DNA of 64,000 nucleotides from assembly GCA_964409875.1 (NCBI GenBank), contig CAYPEN010000002.1, positions 338,630 to 402,629 on the forward strand, in the 5' to 3' direction. Positions 28,795 through 37,842 of the stretch are shown here, piece by piece. The position numbers and the translations under genes were made by a program. The stretch's first letter is position 1. Each line of letters begins with the position of its first letter. This DNA is from an uncultured Gammaproteobacteria bacterium. Its GTDB lineage: Bacteria; Patescibacteriota; Microgenomatia; Levybacterales; GWA1-39-11. The notes under the pieces are model-generated. The model had not been told where the DNA came from, ran no database searches, and saw only the letters and a program-made list of their open reading frames with translations.

Positions 28795-30483
28795 TTATAG
28801 AGATTCGACTTTAGTGACTCTTAATACTTCTTCAAGCGTGGTAACTCCACGCGAAACCTTATTGAGCCCATCATTGAGCATAGTAGTCATGCCTTCGTCT
28901 ATCGCCCGTTTTGCGATTTGGTCAGAGTCATTTTTTGCGGTTATAAGGTTGCGGATTTCCTTTGTTACCTCAAGTACTTCAAACAATCCCAGACGGCCGG
29001 TATATCCTGTCGAATGGCAGATTTTGCATCCTTTTCCGCGGTAAAGCCTGATATTCTCCTTCTCGCCGAAATGCTTGGTAATTATTGAGGAGGGGAGATT
29101 TTTTGTTAGATCAGAGCGTAAAATGTCATACGAAACTTTACACATATCACATATTTTTCGGATAAGACGCTGGCCGATGATAACGTTAACGGTTGATGCA
29201 ACAAGGAACGGTTCGACTTTCATATCAATAAGTCTGGGAAGTGCGGTTGCTGCATCATTTGTGTGGAGGGTTGAAAGAACTAGATGTCCGGTGAGAGCAG
29301 CGTTTACTGCTATACCTGCTGTTTCGCTGTCACGTATTTCTCCGACAAAAACAACATTCGGGTCTTGTCTCAAAATTGAGCGAAGACCGTTTGCAAATGT
29401 AAGGTCGGTTTTTGTATTCACATTTATTTGGTTCACTCCCTTAATACGGTATTCGACTGGGTCTTCAATCGTTGTAATGTTTTTTTCCCGGGTATTTAAA
29501 ATTTTCAGTATGGCGTATATTGAAGTTGTTTTTCCACTTCCGGTAGGACCTGTTGAGAGCACCATCCCGTACGACTTGCTGTATGCTGCAGTTACCTTCT
29601 TCAGGTCTTGTTCGCTCATCCCAAGATCAATAAGCGAGAACTGGCGAAAATGCGAGGCAAGGAGTCTTAATACAGCTTTTTCTCCATCTGCGATGGGAAG
29701 AATTGAAACGCGGATATCTAAATTCTCTTCATCAAGTTTTATCCGCATTTTTCCATCTTGAGGTGCGAGGTGTTCATCGGTTCTTAGTTTTGAAAGAATT
29801 TTAATTCTTGAAATGATGCGTTCATGGAAATTTTTTGGAAAATAAAGCACGTCATGCAAGATTCCGTCTATTCTAAATCGTACCAGTGAATCTTTTTCCT
29901 CCGGTTCTATATGAATATCCGAAACCTTGTCCTGGTAGCCGAATTCAACCAAAAGATTTACTATCTTTTCAATAGGAGCTGCGTCGGTTACTTTGGAAAC
30001 ATCCGTGATGCCCAACTCTTTCTGTAGAAGTTGCTCAAAGGACTTTTGCAAATCCCTCTTGTAAATTCTTAAAATATTGTCAATATCCCGCTCAGTTGTA
30101 AGGTAGGGGAGTACTTTAAGTCCGGTTTTTTTGCTTATTGCGGTTAAGACTTCAATGTTGCGCGGGTCGACAGTTGCAACCTTCAGTCCGTCCTTCGACT
30201 TTTCAAAAGGAATAACCTTGTGTTTACGTGCAATTTTTTCAGGTACGATGCGGAAAACATCTTCTGGTATGGTAAGCTTTGAGAGGATAATAAAAGGAAT
30301 ATGGAGAAAATCAGCAATAAGGATTCCCAGGTTTTCATCCGAGACGACGTCTTTTTCAATAAGAGCATCCACCAGGCTTACATTCGAATTTTTTGAGAAT
30401 TCCGTGAGCTCTTGTAAACTTTGCTCCGTTGCGAGTCCTGTTTTAAGGACGAGTGCTTTTATTTGATCGTCTGATAAAATCAT
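28795..30483 (-). CDS. pilB: Type IV pilus assembly ATPase PilB/GspE
   Basis: SDIHIEP, GPTGSGKTT, TIEDPVEY, LRQDPN, GHLVLSTLH, CxxC/CxxC zinc motif. Confidence 0.95.
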   Translation of the reverse strand: MILSDDQIKALVLKTGLATEQSLQELTEFSKNSNVSLVDALIEKDVVSDENLGILIADFLHIPFIILSKLTIPEDVFRIVPEKIARKHKVIPFEKSKDGLKVATVDPRNIEVLTAISKKTGLKVLPYLTTERDIDNILRIYKRDLQKSFEQLLQKELGITDVSKVTDAAPIEKIVNLLVEFGYQDKVSDIHIEPEEKDSLVRFRIDGILHDVLYFPKNFHERIISRIKILSKLRTDEHLAPQDGKMRIKLDEENLDIRVSILPIADGEKAVLRLLASHFRQFSLIDLGMSEQDLKKVTAAYSKSYGMVLSTGPTGSGKTTSIYAILKILNTREKNITTIEDPVEYRIKGVNQINVNTKTDLTFANGLRSILRQDPNVVFVGEIRDSETAGIAVNAALTGHLVLSTLHTNDAATALPRLIDMKVEPFLVASTVNVIIGQRLIRKICDMCKVSYDILRSDLTKNLPSSIITKHFGEKENIRLYRGKGCKICHSTGYTGRLGLFEVLEVTKEIRNLITAKNDSDQIAKRAIDEGMTTMLNDGLNKVSRGVTTLEEVLRVTKVESL

Positions 30484-30502
30484 GGGCAGTAATTATTATT
30501 TT

Positions 30503-30883
30503 TCAATCGTGTCTTTTGGACTGGTCGATTGTTTGATTTACTTTCTTCAATAAATTGTCAAAATCAAAAAAAGTCTTATTGACATAGTCTGTTGCACCAA
30601 GCCGTTTTGCCTTCTCAATATCGGCTGTTTGTCCCAAAGTCGAGAATATAATAACCGGAATACTTTCCAAACTCGGATGCTTAGATATTTCCGTAAGTAC
30701 CTCAAACCCATCCTTGTTAGGCATAATAAGGTCGAGCAACATAAGATCAGGTTTTATAACCATAATTTTTTGCAACGCCTCATTTCCATCTCCTGCCACT
30801 TCGACTTGAAAGCCCGCCTCTGTAAGCTTACGAGAATAGAAATTTTGAAAAAACAAGTCGTCTTCGGCAAGCAATATCCTCAT
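30503..30883 (-). CDS. Single-domain response regulator
   Basis: ILLAEDD, LLDLIMP, DGFEVL. Confidence 0.92.
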   Translation of the reverse strand: MRILLAEDDLFFQNFYSRKLTEAGFQVEVAGDGNEALQKIMVIKPDLMLLDLIMPNKDGFEVLTEISKHPSLESIPVIIFSTLGQTADIEKAKRLGATDYVNKTFFDFDNLLKKVNQTIDQSKRHD

Positions 30884-31248
30884 AAGACGTTATCTCCAAT
30901 CTTTTCCGATTCCAACTGTTTTAACTGTTTTTTTACCTCATCAAGAGATTTTTTTATTTGTTCTATAGCCTCGTTATTTGTCTGAATTATGGTTCCTTCA
31001 GGCCTGATGTAGGAAATAATCTCGGAACATATCGTGGCAATTTTTTGATATCCCATCATTTGGGACGAGCCTTTTAATGAATGAACATGTCGGAAAATCT
31101 CTTTTGCATCAGGAAATTTGTCAGAGCTAAGAAGGAGTTCTAGCACTTGAATATGCTCTTGAGCCGTTTTTAAAAACAACATATTATAACCAGCAATATC
31201 CCTGGGTGTCATGAGGTAATCATACAATATTTTTGAACTGTCTGACAA
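30880..31248 (-). CDS. Stand-alone Hpt (histidine phosphotransfer) protein
   Basis: IFRHVHSLKGSSQMMG matches the Hpt/CheA-P1 motif; start uncertain. Confidence 0.8.
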   Translation of the reverse strand: MSDSSKILYDYLMTPRDIAGYNMLFLKTAQEHIQVLELLLSSDKFPDAKEIFRHVHSLKGSSQMMGYQKIATICSEIISYIRPEGTIIQTNNEAIEQIKKSLDEVKKQLKQLESEKIGDNVL

Positions 31249-31327
31249 GGAAAATGGCCTATCCTTGATTTATGAAAGCCTTCTCACGTAAACTAAAAAT
31301 AAGGCGTATTGTGCCTTTTTAGAAAAC

Positions 31328-31675
31328 ATGATAGCTTTTGTCTCTTATCCATTCTATCTCCTCTCTTTCTGGTACAAGGACGTTGTAGTCGGGTTATTTG
31401 GATTTTTTGCCGCGTTTAATATGTATGTTGCCCGGCTTTTGTCGTATCCGAGTCTTCTAAAAACCTTTTTTAAACCATTGAAAAATGAATATCGGGATGG
31501 GTTGGTGCTTTTTTCCATTTGCTTTGGGGTGATTATAAAAAGCGTATTGGTTGCTGTTAACTCGTTGATTCTTTTATTTATGTTACTTGTTGAGGTTCTT
31601 ATCCTGCTTTTTCTTGTTGTTTTACCTGTAGTGTTCTTAGTTTTGTTGTTAAGTCCGAGAGTAATATTGCGATGA
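31328..31675 (+). CDS. Small membrane protein coupled to the Clp ATPase
   Basis: Hydrophobic ORF; 4-bp overlap with next gene. Confidence 0.7.
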   Translation: MIAFVSYPFYLLSFWYKDVVVGLFGFFAAFNMYVARLLSYPSLLKTFFKPLKNEYRDGLVLFSICFGVIIKSVLVAVNSLILLFMLLVEVLILLFLVVLPVVFLVLLLSPRVILR

Positions 31676-34041
31676 AAGACAACCATTATTTTCTCTATTA
31701 TTTTTTCGATAACCCGTTTATACGGTGGGCGCGGGTTATTGTATTTTTCTTCATAGGGATATTCGTCTATTTCAATCTTGAGAGCACCAGGTTTGTCATC
31801 CAAATACTGCCGGTTTATTTTTTCCTACTCCTTCAGGAATTTTTTATCCATTTTAAGCTTGAGAATAGTAGCCCGAAGAAAAAAATAACCGATAATTATA
31901 GGCATATCATTGAATGCGTCGATTATAAAACGCGGGTACTTCTTGAGCGGCATAGTGTAATTGAGGATACCATCAAAGAAATTTCCAATTTTGCAGAGGT
32001 GAAATACTTTAAGAAGCGGTTACTTTTTAATAATGTACCGTTAACAAAGGAAATCTCCGAAAAAGAAGCCCTTGAAAGAGTAAAAGATGTTGTTAAAAGC
32101 GTGAACGGAAAGTATATACATGCAATTGACATCTTTGTTTCATATCTTCTTATTCTTGATGAAAAAGAGAAATTTCTATTCGATAAGGAACTGTTTGAGA
32201 AAGACATCTTAACAGTCCTTTCATGGACAAGGCGCGAATTTCGAATTGATAGGAAGCACCATTATCATCTGACATTTACCGGAAGTGGGGCTTTCGACTT
32301 TTTCATATACGGATGGAGTACCCAAATTGCACGCGTAGCTCTCAATTTTACAAAAGAGGCGCTTATGCGGAAACGTTCCGAGCCGATAGGAAGGGAAAGC
32401 GAGTACGATCTTTTGGTGACGGCGCTCTCAAAAAATTCTTCAAGTAATGCACTTATTGTTGGGCCCGCAGGAGTTGGGAAAAGTGCGTTAGTCATGCAGT
32501 TTGCCGTCGATTCCAATCAAGGAGTATTGCCCCATGTCGTCTCCAACAAAACGGTTTTTCAACTCTTCCCCGAACGGCTTATGTCAGGAGTAGAATACCA
32601 GGGGGATTTGGAGGAACGGTTTGTGAGTGTTTTTTCGGAGCTGGCCCATGCCGGAAATATTATCGTCTACATTCCAAATATAGAAAACATTTTCGGAGGC
32701 GGAGGATTCAATATGGATATTTCAGGAGCGCTTATCGACTACCTTAACAGCAGCAGAATAAAAATAATAGGAAGCACAACCGAGAGTGCATATAAAGAAT
32801 TCGTTCTATCAAGACTTGAGATAAAAGAGCTCTTTGATACGGTTGAGATGAGAGAGCCGGATGAAGATACTGCGCTTTTTATGGTGATGGAAAAGGCGAA
32901 GGAATTAGAGTTGGTAAATCACGTATGGGTCTCATACGACGCTGTAAAAGAGTCATGTGTGTTGGCGCATTCGTATGAGACAGAAGGGATAGTGCTTCCG
33001 GGAAGTGCCGTGCATCTATTGGATGATGTTATCGCATATTGCCTGACTCACGGGAAGAAGACGGTAGATAAAAAAGAAGTACAGGCGTATGTTGCAGAAA
33101 AAAAACATATCGTTCTTGATGCGCCAACAGAGGAGGAGAGCGAAAAACTACTACAACTAGAAGCAGAAATTCACAATGAGATAGTTTCTCAAAATGAGGC
33201 AGTGACGGCTATTGCCAACGCAATGCGACGAGTACGTGCTGGGATGAAAAATGAGAACAAGCCCATTGCGTCTTTCCTCTTTTTGGGGCCGACAGGAGTC
33301 GGAAAGACTAAAACTGCAAAAGCTCTTGCCAAATCATACTTCGGGAATGAGGAGGCAATGATACGGCTTGATATGAGTGAATATCAATTGCCCGATTCTG
33401 TGGACAGATTTTTAGGAAAGCAAGGAACATATAGTGAAACAGTTCTTGATAAGGTTTCTAATAATCCTTTTTCCCTCCTGCTTCTGGACGAATTTGAAAA
33501 AGCGTATCCCCATGTTTTAGACCTCTTCTTGCAGGTCTTTGACGAAGGAAGGCTTACCGATAATTCCGGTAGAACCGTGTCTTTTGCAAATTGCATCATA
33601 ATTGCAACATCGAATGCGGGAAGCGAGTTTATCAGGGAGGCGGAAAATAGCGGCGCATCGAATGATAATTTGAAGAAAGCGCTTATTGAGAAAGTGCAGG
33701 AGGGGGGTATATTTAGGCCGGAGCTTATCAACCGTTTTGACGACGTTATTGTCTTCAAGCCCCTCACAGAAGCCGATGTGGCTAATGTTTCAAAACTCCT
33801 CTTGCAAAAAGTCATCGATGAAGCGGCTAAAAAACAGATAACACTTTCGTACGATGAGGCGGTGCCATTCTTTATAGCAAAACACGCGTATAGCATCGAG
33901 TTCGGAGCCCGCAATATCAAGCGTTTCATTGAACAATCGGTTGAGAATCAACTATCAAAGCTCATACTTTCCGGTACTCTCTCCCATGCCAGTACTGCAA
34001 AAATACTGGTGGAAGAAAACGCGCTTGTCATTAAAGTATGA
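31672..34041 (+). CDS. Membrane-anchored Clp/Hsp100 AAA+ ATPase with degenerate NBD1 Walker B
   Basis: Two N-terminal TM; GPAGVGKS with IVYIPNIE; GPTGVGKT with LLLDEFEKA; FRPELINR; FGAR. Confidence 0.85.
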   Translation: MKDNHYFLYYFFDNPFIRWARVIVFFFIGIFVYFNLESTRFVIQILPVYFFLLLQEFFIHFKLENSSPKKKITDNYRHIIECVDYKTRVLLERHSVIEDTIKEISNFAEVKYFKKRLLFNNVPLTKEISEKEALERVKDVVKSVNGKYIHAIDIFVSYLLILDEKEKFLFDKELFEKDILTVLSWTRREFRIDRKHHYHLTFTGSGAFDFFIYGWSTQIARVALNFTKEALMRKRSEPIGRESEYDLLVTALSKNSSSNALIVGPAGVGKSALVMQFAVDSNQGVLPHVVSNKTVFQLFPERLMSGVEYQGDLEERFVSVFSELAHAGNIIVYIPNIENIFGGGGFNMDISGALIDYLNSSRIKIIGSTTESAYKEFVLSRLEIKELFDTVEMREPDEDTALFMVMEKAKELELVNHVWVSYDAVKESCVLAHSYETEGIVLPGSAVHLLDDVIAYCLTHGKKTVDKKEVQAYVAEKKHIVLDAPTEEESEKLLQLEAEIHNEIVSQNEAVTAIANAMRRVRAGMKNENKPIASFLFLGPTGVGKTKTAKALAKSYFGNEEAMIRLDMSEYQLPDSVDRFLGKQGTYSETVLDKVSNNPFSLLLLDEFEKAYPHVLDLFLQVFDEGRLTDNSGRTVSFANCIIIATSNAGSEFIREAENSGASNDNLKKALIEKVQEGGIFRPELINRFDDVIVFKPLTEADVANVSKLLLQKVIDEAAKKQITLSYDEAVPFFIAKHAYSIEFGARNIKRFIEQSVENQLSKLILSGTLSHASTAKILVEENALVIKV

Positions 34042-34069
34042 ATTCCATATACTTGATAGTACTGCCTAT

Positions 34070-35080
34070 ATGAAATACGCCTTTTTTGAATTAGAAGAGT
34101 GGGAAAAGGAATATTTTCAAAAAGAAATTCCCAACAACGAGCTTGTATTTTTTGACGAGCCCCTTTCATCTGGGACCCCAGGACTCGAGACTTTTGAAAT
34201 CGTAATCATTTTTATTCACTCCCAACTCAACAAAGAACTGTTGGATAAAATGCCCAATCTCAAATTCGTGACTACCATGTCAACCGGATTTGACCATATT
34301 GACCTTGTCGAATGCAAAAATAGGAATATTCCTGTGTCAAATGTCCCAAGTTACGGTGAAACAGTGGTAGCCGAGCACACTTTTGCACTACTTCTTGCAA
34401 TTGCACGAAAACTCCCGGAGTCTGTTGAACGGGTCAAAAAAGGGAATTTTATGCCCGATGGTCTTACCGGATTTGAATTGCGGGGAAAGACAATTGGGGT
34501 AATCGGTGTCGGAAGTATTGGAACAAATGTAATTAGAATTGCCCGGGGTTTTGGCATGAATACTATTGTTTACAAAAGAACTCCTGACTATGCGCTTGAG
34601 AAAGAATTAGGATGTAAATTCGTTGAATTGCCTGTCCTTTACCAACAGTCCGATATCGTGACACTTCACATTCCCTATTCGAAAGAGACACACCATTATA
34701 TTGGAGAAGAGGCGATTTCCCAGATGAAGGATGGTGTTGTGATTCTTAATACCGCCCGTGGGCCTTTAATTGATACGGCTGCACTTCTTAGAGGTCTTGA
34801 TGCGGGTAAAGTCCGTGCAGCGGGCCTCGATGTATTAGAAGAGGAACCGCTTCTTGAAGAAGAAAAGGAGCTTCTGACCAAAACGAAGGCTTTTGAAGCT
34901 GAGAAGCTTATGACCGTATTGCAAGACCATATGTTAGTCAATCACCCAAATGTTGTTATCACTCCCCACAATGCATTCAATAGCACCGAAGCGCTTCACA
35001 AGATTGTTGAGACAACCCACGAGAATTTGGTCGGTTTTACCAATGGTGCACCTCTCAATGTTGTCGCCCCGCACGAATAG
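34070..35080 (+). CDS. D-isomer-specific 2-hydroxyacid dehydrogenase (D-lactate dehydrogenase-like)
   Basis: STGFDHID, VAEHT, GVGSIG, NTARG, DVLEEEP, TPHNAF. Confidence 0.9.
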   Translation: MKYAFFELEEWEKEYFQKEIPNNELVFFDEPLSSGTPGLETFEIVIIFIHSQLNKELLDKMPNLKFVTTMSTGFDHIDLVECKNRNIPVSNVPSYGETVVAEHTFALLLAIARKLPESVERVKKGNFMPDGLTGFELRGKTIGVIGVGSIGTNVIRIARGFGMNTIVYKRTPDYALEKELGCKFVELPVLYQQSDIVTLHIPYSKETHHYIGEEAISQMKDGVVILNTARGPLIDTAALLRGLDAGKVRAAGLDVLEEEPLLEEEKELLTKTKAFEAEKLMTVLQDHMLVNHPNVVITPHNAFNSTEALHKIVETTHENLVGFTNGAPLNVVAPHE

Positions 35081-35116
35081 CTTTCATTCGTTCCTGCGGG
35101 TATAATTGCCTCATCT

Positions 35117-36172
35117 ATGAACTTTCAGGATTATTCGCAAATATCCCGGAAAAGAATCGAGGAATATCTCCGGGCGTTTTTTTTGGAAAAAAGGAATGAG
35201 TCTATTCCCGAGAGCTTTAAAAAGCAGCGCGCATTAGAAGAGCTGGAAAAATTTGTATTGCGTGGAAAGCTTATCCGAGGGACGCTTTTTCTTTTGACCG
35301 TTGAGTATTTTGGCGGGCAATTGACAGAAAGGCATATCGCAATAGCCTCAGCAATAGAGCTGGTCCATTCGGCGCTTCTCATTCAGGATGACATTATTGA
35401 CAATGATGCCATGCGGCGTGGGGACAAAACGCTGTATGCTGCCTATCAGCAAATTGGTGAAAAAATCAATGCAACAAGTCCGTATCATTATGGTATTTCA
35501 ATTGCAATTGTTGTCTCGGACATCGCTTTTTTCCTGGCATTTGAATTACTTTCTTCATTTAATGAGCCTTCATTAAGTAATCTCATAAAATTCTATTCGC
35601 ACGAAATTTATCTCGTAGCACTTGCTGAAGGAATTGATTCCGAGTTCGGTCAGACAAATAACGAACCGTCGGAAGACGATATTTATGCCGTGTACCATTA
35701 CAAGACGGCACGATACACATTTTCGATGCCCTTTATTATGGCAGGTATTGTGTGTAATGCTCCCCAAGGGCAAACTGGGATTTTGGAGAAAATCGGTGAA
35801 TTAGCAGGAATAATATTCCAACTGAAGGATGATGTTATCGGAATTTTTGGAAATGAAGAAGTGATAGGAAAACCGGTCGGCTCTGACATCCGGGAAAACA
35901 AAAAAACCATTATCCGTCATCTGCTTTACAAAATGTGTGATGAGCATGAACGGAAAGTGCTTGACCGTTCTTTCGGAAATTCTGAGATGACCGGTGAAGA
36001 GCTTGCGGCAGTGTTAGACATTGCAAAAAAGTATTCGGTAGAAAAATTGATTGAAGATAAAATAACCAATATCGCAAACGAACAGCAGGAATACTTAAAA
36101 AACCTTCCCGACAACCCATATAAAAAGGTGTTAATGGATTTGTTAGATTTTAATCTGAAAAGAACATACTAA
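35117..36172 (+). CDS. Polyprenyl (GGPP-type) synthetase
   Basis: GKLIRG, ELVHSALLIQDDIIDND..RRG, KTARY, FQLKDD, GKPVGSDI. Confidence 0.9.
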   Translation: MNFQDYSQISRKRIEEYLRAFFLEKRNESIPESFKKQRALEELEKFVLRGKLIRGTLFLLTVEYFGGQLTERHIAIASAIELVHSALLIQDDIIDNDAMRRGDKTLYAAYQQIGEKINATSPYHYGISIAIVVSDIAFFLAFELLSSFNEPSLSNLIKFYSHEIYLVALAEGIDSEFGQTNNEPSEDDIYAVYHYKTARYTFSMPFIMAGIVCNAPQGQTGILEKIGELAGIIFQLKDDVIGIFGNEEVIGKPVGSDIRENKKTIIRHLLYKMCDEHERKVLDRSFGNSEMTGEELAAVLDIAKKYSVEKLIEDKITNIANEQQEYLKNLPDNPYKKVLMDLLDFNLKRTY

Positions 36173-36196
36173 AATTTTTAGTGGTATTATAAAGAT

Positions 36197-36529
36197 ATGA
36201 ATGTCGTTGTGAGGTTAATTGTTCTGGTTATAGCGGTATATGTAGCATCCTACATCATTCCTGGTATACGGATTGATTCTCCTCAGTCGCTTATTGTTGT
36301 ATCCGTTGTTTTGGGGATTATCAATGCTTTTATAAAACCTATTTTGGTATTTCTGACACTTCCGTTAACTATTGTGACCCTTGGCATATTCCTTCTTATT
36401 CTCAATGGATTGTTGGTTTTGCTGGTTGGCAATATCGTTCCCGGTTTTCATGTCGCGGGATTACTCCCGGCGATACTTTTTAGTATCGTTGTTTCACTCA
36501 CATCGTCTCTTCTTGGAAAGTTTGCTTAG
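36197..36529 (+). CDS. YvlD/DUF360 (phage-holin-like) membrane protein
   Basis: GIINAFIKPILVFLTLPLTIVTLGIFLLILNG. Confidence 0.85.
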   Translation: MNVVVRLIVLVIAVYVASYIIPGIRIDSPQSLIVVSVVLGIINAFIKPILVFLTLPLTIVTLGIFLLILNGLLVLLVGNIVPGFHVAGLLPAILFSIVVSLTSSLLGKFA

Positions 36530-36535
36530 ATTTGC

Positions 36536-36985
36536 TTAGAGGCCTGTCGTTGCTTGGTTAAGCTCAGTTCCGTCAGTGGCCGGATCGGTGATGGGGGCAT
36601 TCAATATTTCATCATCAGTAGGCGTTACTGTAGGAACAGCTGTTGGTGTAACAACTGTCTTAACGGTAGTTGCCGGTTTTGTGTACGATGGAGCCTGTGT
36701 AGTTTTTGAACTCTGAGTAATTATGATGTAATAAAGAGCCCCAAGAACGACGATAAGCACTACCAATATTGCAGCAACAAGAAGCAGTCCACTATTCTTT
36801 TTGCCTTGTGGGGCTACAACCGGCGCCTGCACGGTGGGGGAGCCCGGAGGTGTTGGTGGCATCTGGGGAGTAACCATGTTTGCAGCGGGGGGTGGAGTAG
36901 GCGTTGCACCGGCTACAGGCGGAGGAGTGGTAGCTCCTGCTGGCGGAGGTGTTGTTGGTTGGTTGTTTAGTGTTTTTTCATCCAT
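36536..36985 (-). CDS. Pro/Thr-rich single-pass membrane protein
   Basis: Pro-rich N-terminus, TM, Thr-rich C-terminus. Confidence 0.7.
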   Translation of the reverse strand: MDEKTLNNQPTTPPPAGATTPPPVAGATPTPPPAANMVTPQMPPTPPGSPTVQAPVVAPQGKKNSGLLLVAAILVVLIVVLGALYYIIITQSSKTTQAPSYTKPATTVKTVVTPTAVPTVTPTDDEILNAPITDPATDGTELNQATTGL

Positions 36986-36986
36986 A

Positions 36987-37733
36987 TTATGGGGTAGGCG
37001 TTGTTGTAGCGGTTATTGTTGGTGATGTTGTTACTCCTATGAGTTGTCCCAAATCTTTGTGAGCTTTAACAACTGCCTGTTGGGAAGCTACGACTTTTGC
37101 CCGTACCGCCTTAATATCGCTCATAAATTGTTGGATGGTAGTTGCTGCTGCACTTCTTAGGGCGGTTTCGGTTGTAATATTCATTGTATACTCTTTTGCC
37201 GCTTGGGTTGATACTGCAGTTTTGGCTGCATCTATTGCAGTCTGAGCTGCTGTTATATCCGATGCAAGAGTCGTAGTGTTTTTTCCTTCGGATTTAAGAG
37301 TTGCCTCTTTGGTGGAAATCTTTCCAAGTATTGTAGTGAGTCTTTCGAGCCGTTCGCTCATTTCAGTTGTTCTGTTCTTATTAATTGTTGCGATACGCGT
37401 ATCGAGGTTAGAGATAATTTCTTGCTTCTTTGCATCCTTTATCGCGGCCATTTTTGTTTTGAATTCTTCGCGTGCTTGCTGCATTTTCTCTTTCATCGCA
37501 TCCCTTGCTTCAGTCTTTGCTTCCTTCGCCTCTTCCCGCAGAGTTGCAACCGGACGCTTGAGAGGTAGTTTTGAATTGACGGCAGGTGTGGTAGTAGCGG
37601 TCTCTGTAGTAGTGGAATCGGTTGCCTCAGTTGCTGTTACGGTATTGGTAGTCCTTGTAGTTTCTTGAGCAAGGGCAAAAGCCGGGGAAACCAGAAAAAC
37701 AAAAGAAGACACAAGGATGAGCAGTTTTTTCAC
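36987..37733 (-). CDS. Secreted coiled-coil protein
   Basis: Signal peptide (AFALA|Q), long Ala/Glu/Lys helices; GTG start. Confidence 0.75.
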   Translation of the reverse strand: MKKLLILVSSFVFLVSPAFALAQETTRTTNTVTATEATDSTTTETATTTPAVNSKLPLKRPVATLREEAKEAKTEARDAMKEKMQQAREEFKTKMAAIKDAKKQEIISNLDTRIATINKNRTTEMSERLERLTTILGKISTKEATLKSEGKNTTTLASDITAAQTAIDAAKTAVSTQAAKEYTMNITTETALRSAAATTIQQFMSDIKAVRAKVVASQQAVVKAHKDLGQLIGVTTSPTITATTTPTP

Positions 37734-37842
37734 AGTACTTTATGATAGCTAAAACGTTTCAGAATTGTCAAGTTCGGATATAGATATACCTTTCTTTTCA
37801 TAGACATATTATTAACCGAAAGACTTATTGTTTGAATAAATA

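Noticed and set aside
29075-29761. Long antisense ORFs (also 45736-46449, 54407-55006, 33384-33929)
   Set aside because: Shadows of well-supported genes on the opposite strand, with no motifs of their own
33929-34069. N-terminal ORF extensions overlapping neighbours (also 43019-43192, 15305-15352, 58956-59018)
   Set aside because: Homology and RBS or promoter context point to downstream starts; no sign of programmed frameshifting
36197-36529. Holin-like gene as prophage evidence
   Set aside because: The YvlD/DUF360 family is commonly chromosomal, and no phage genes are nearby
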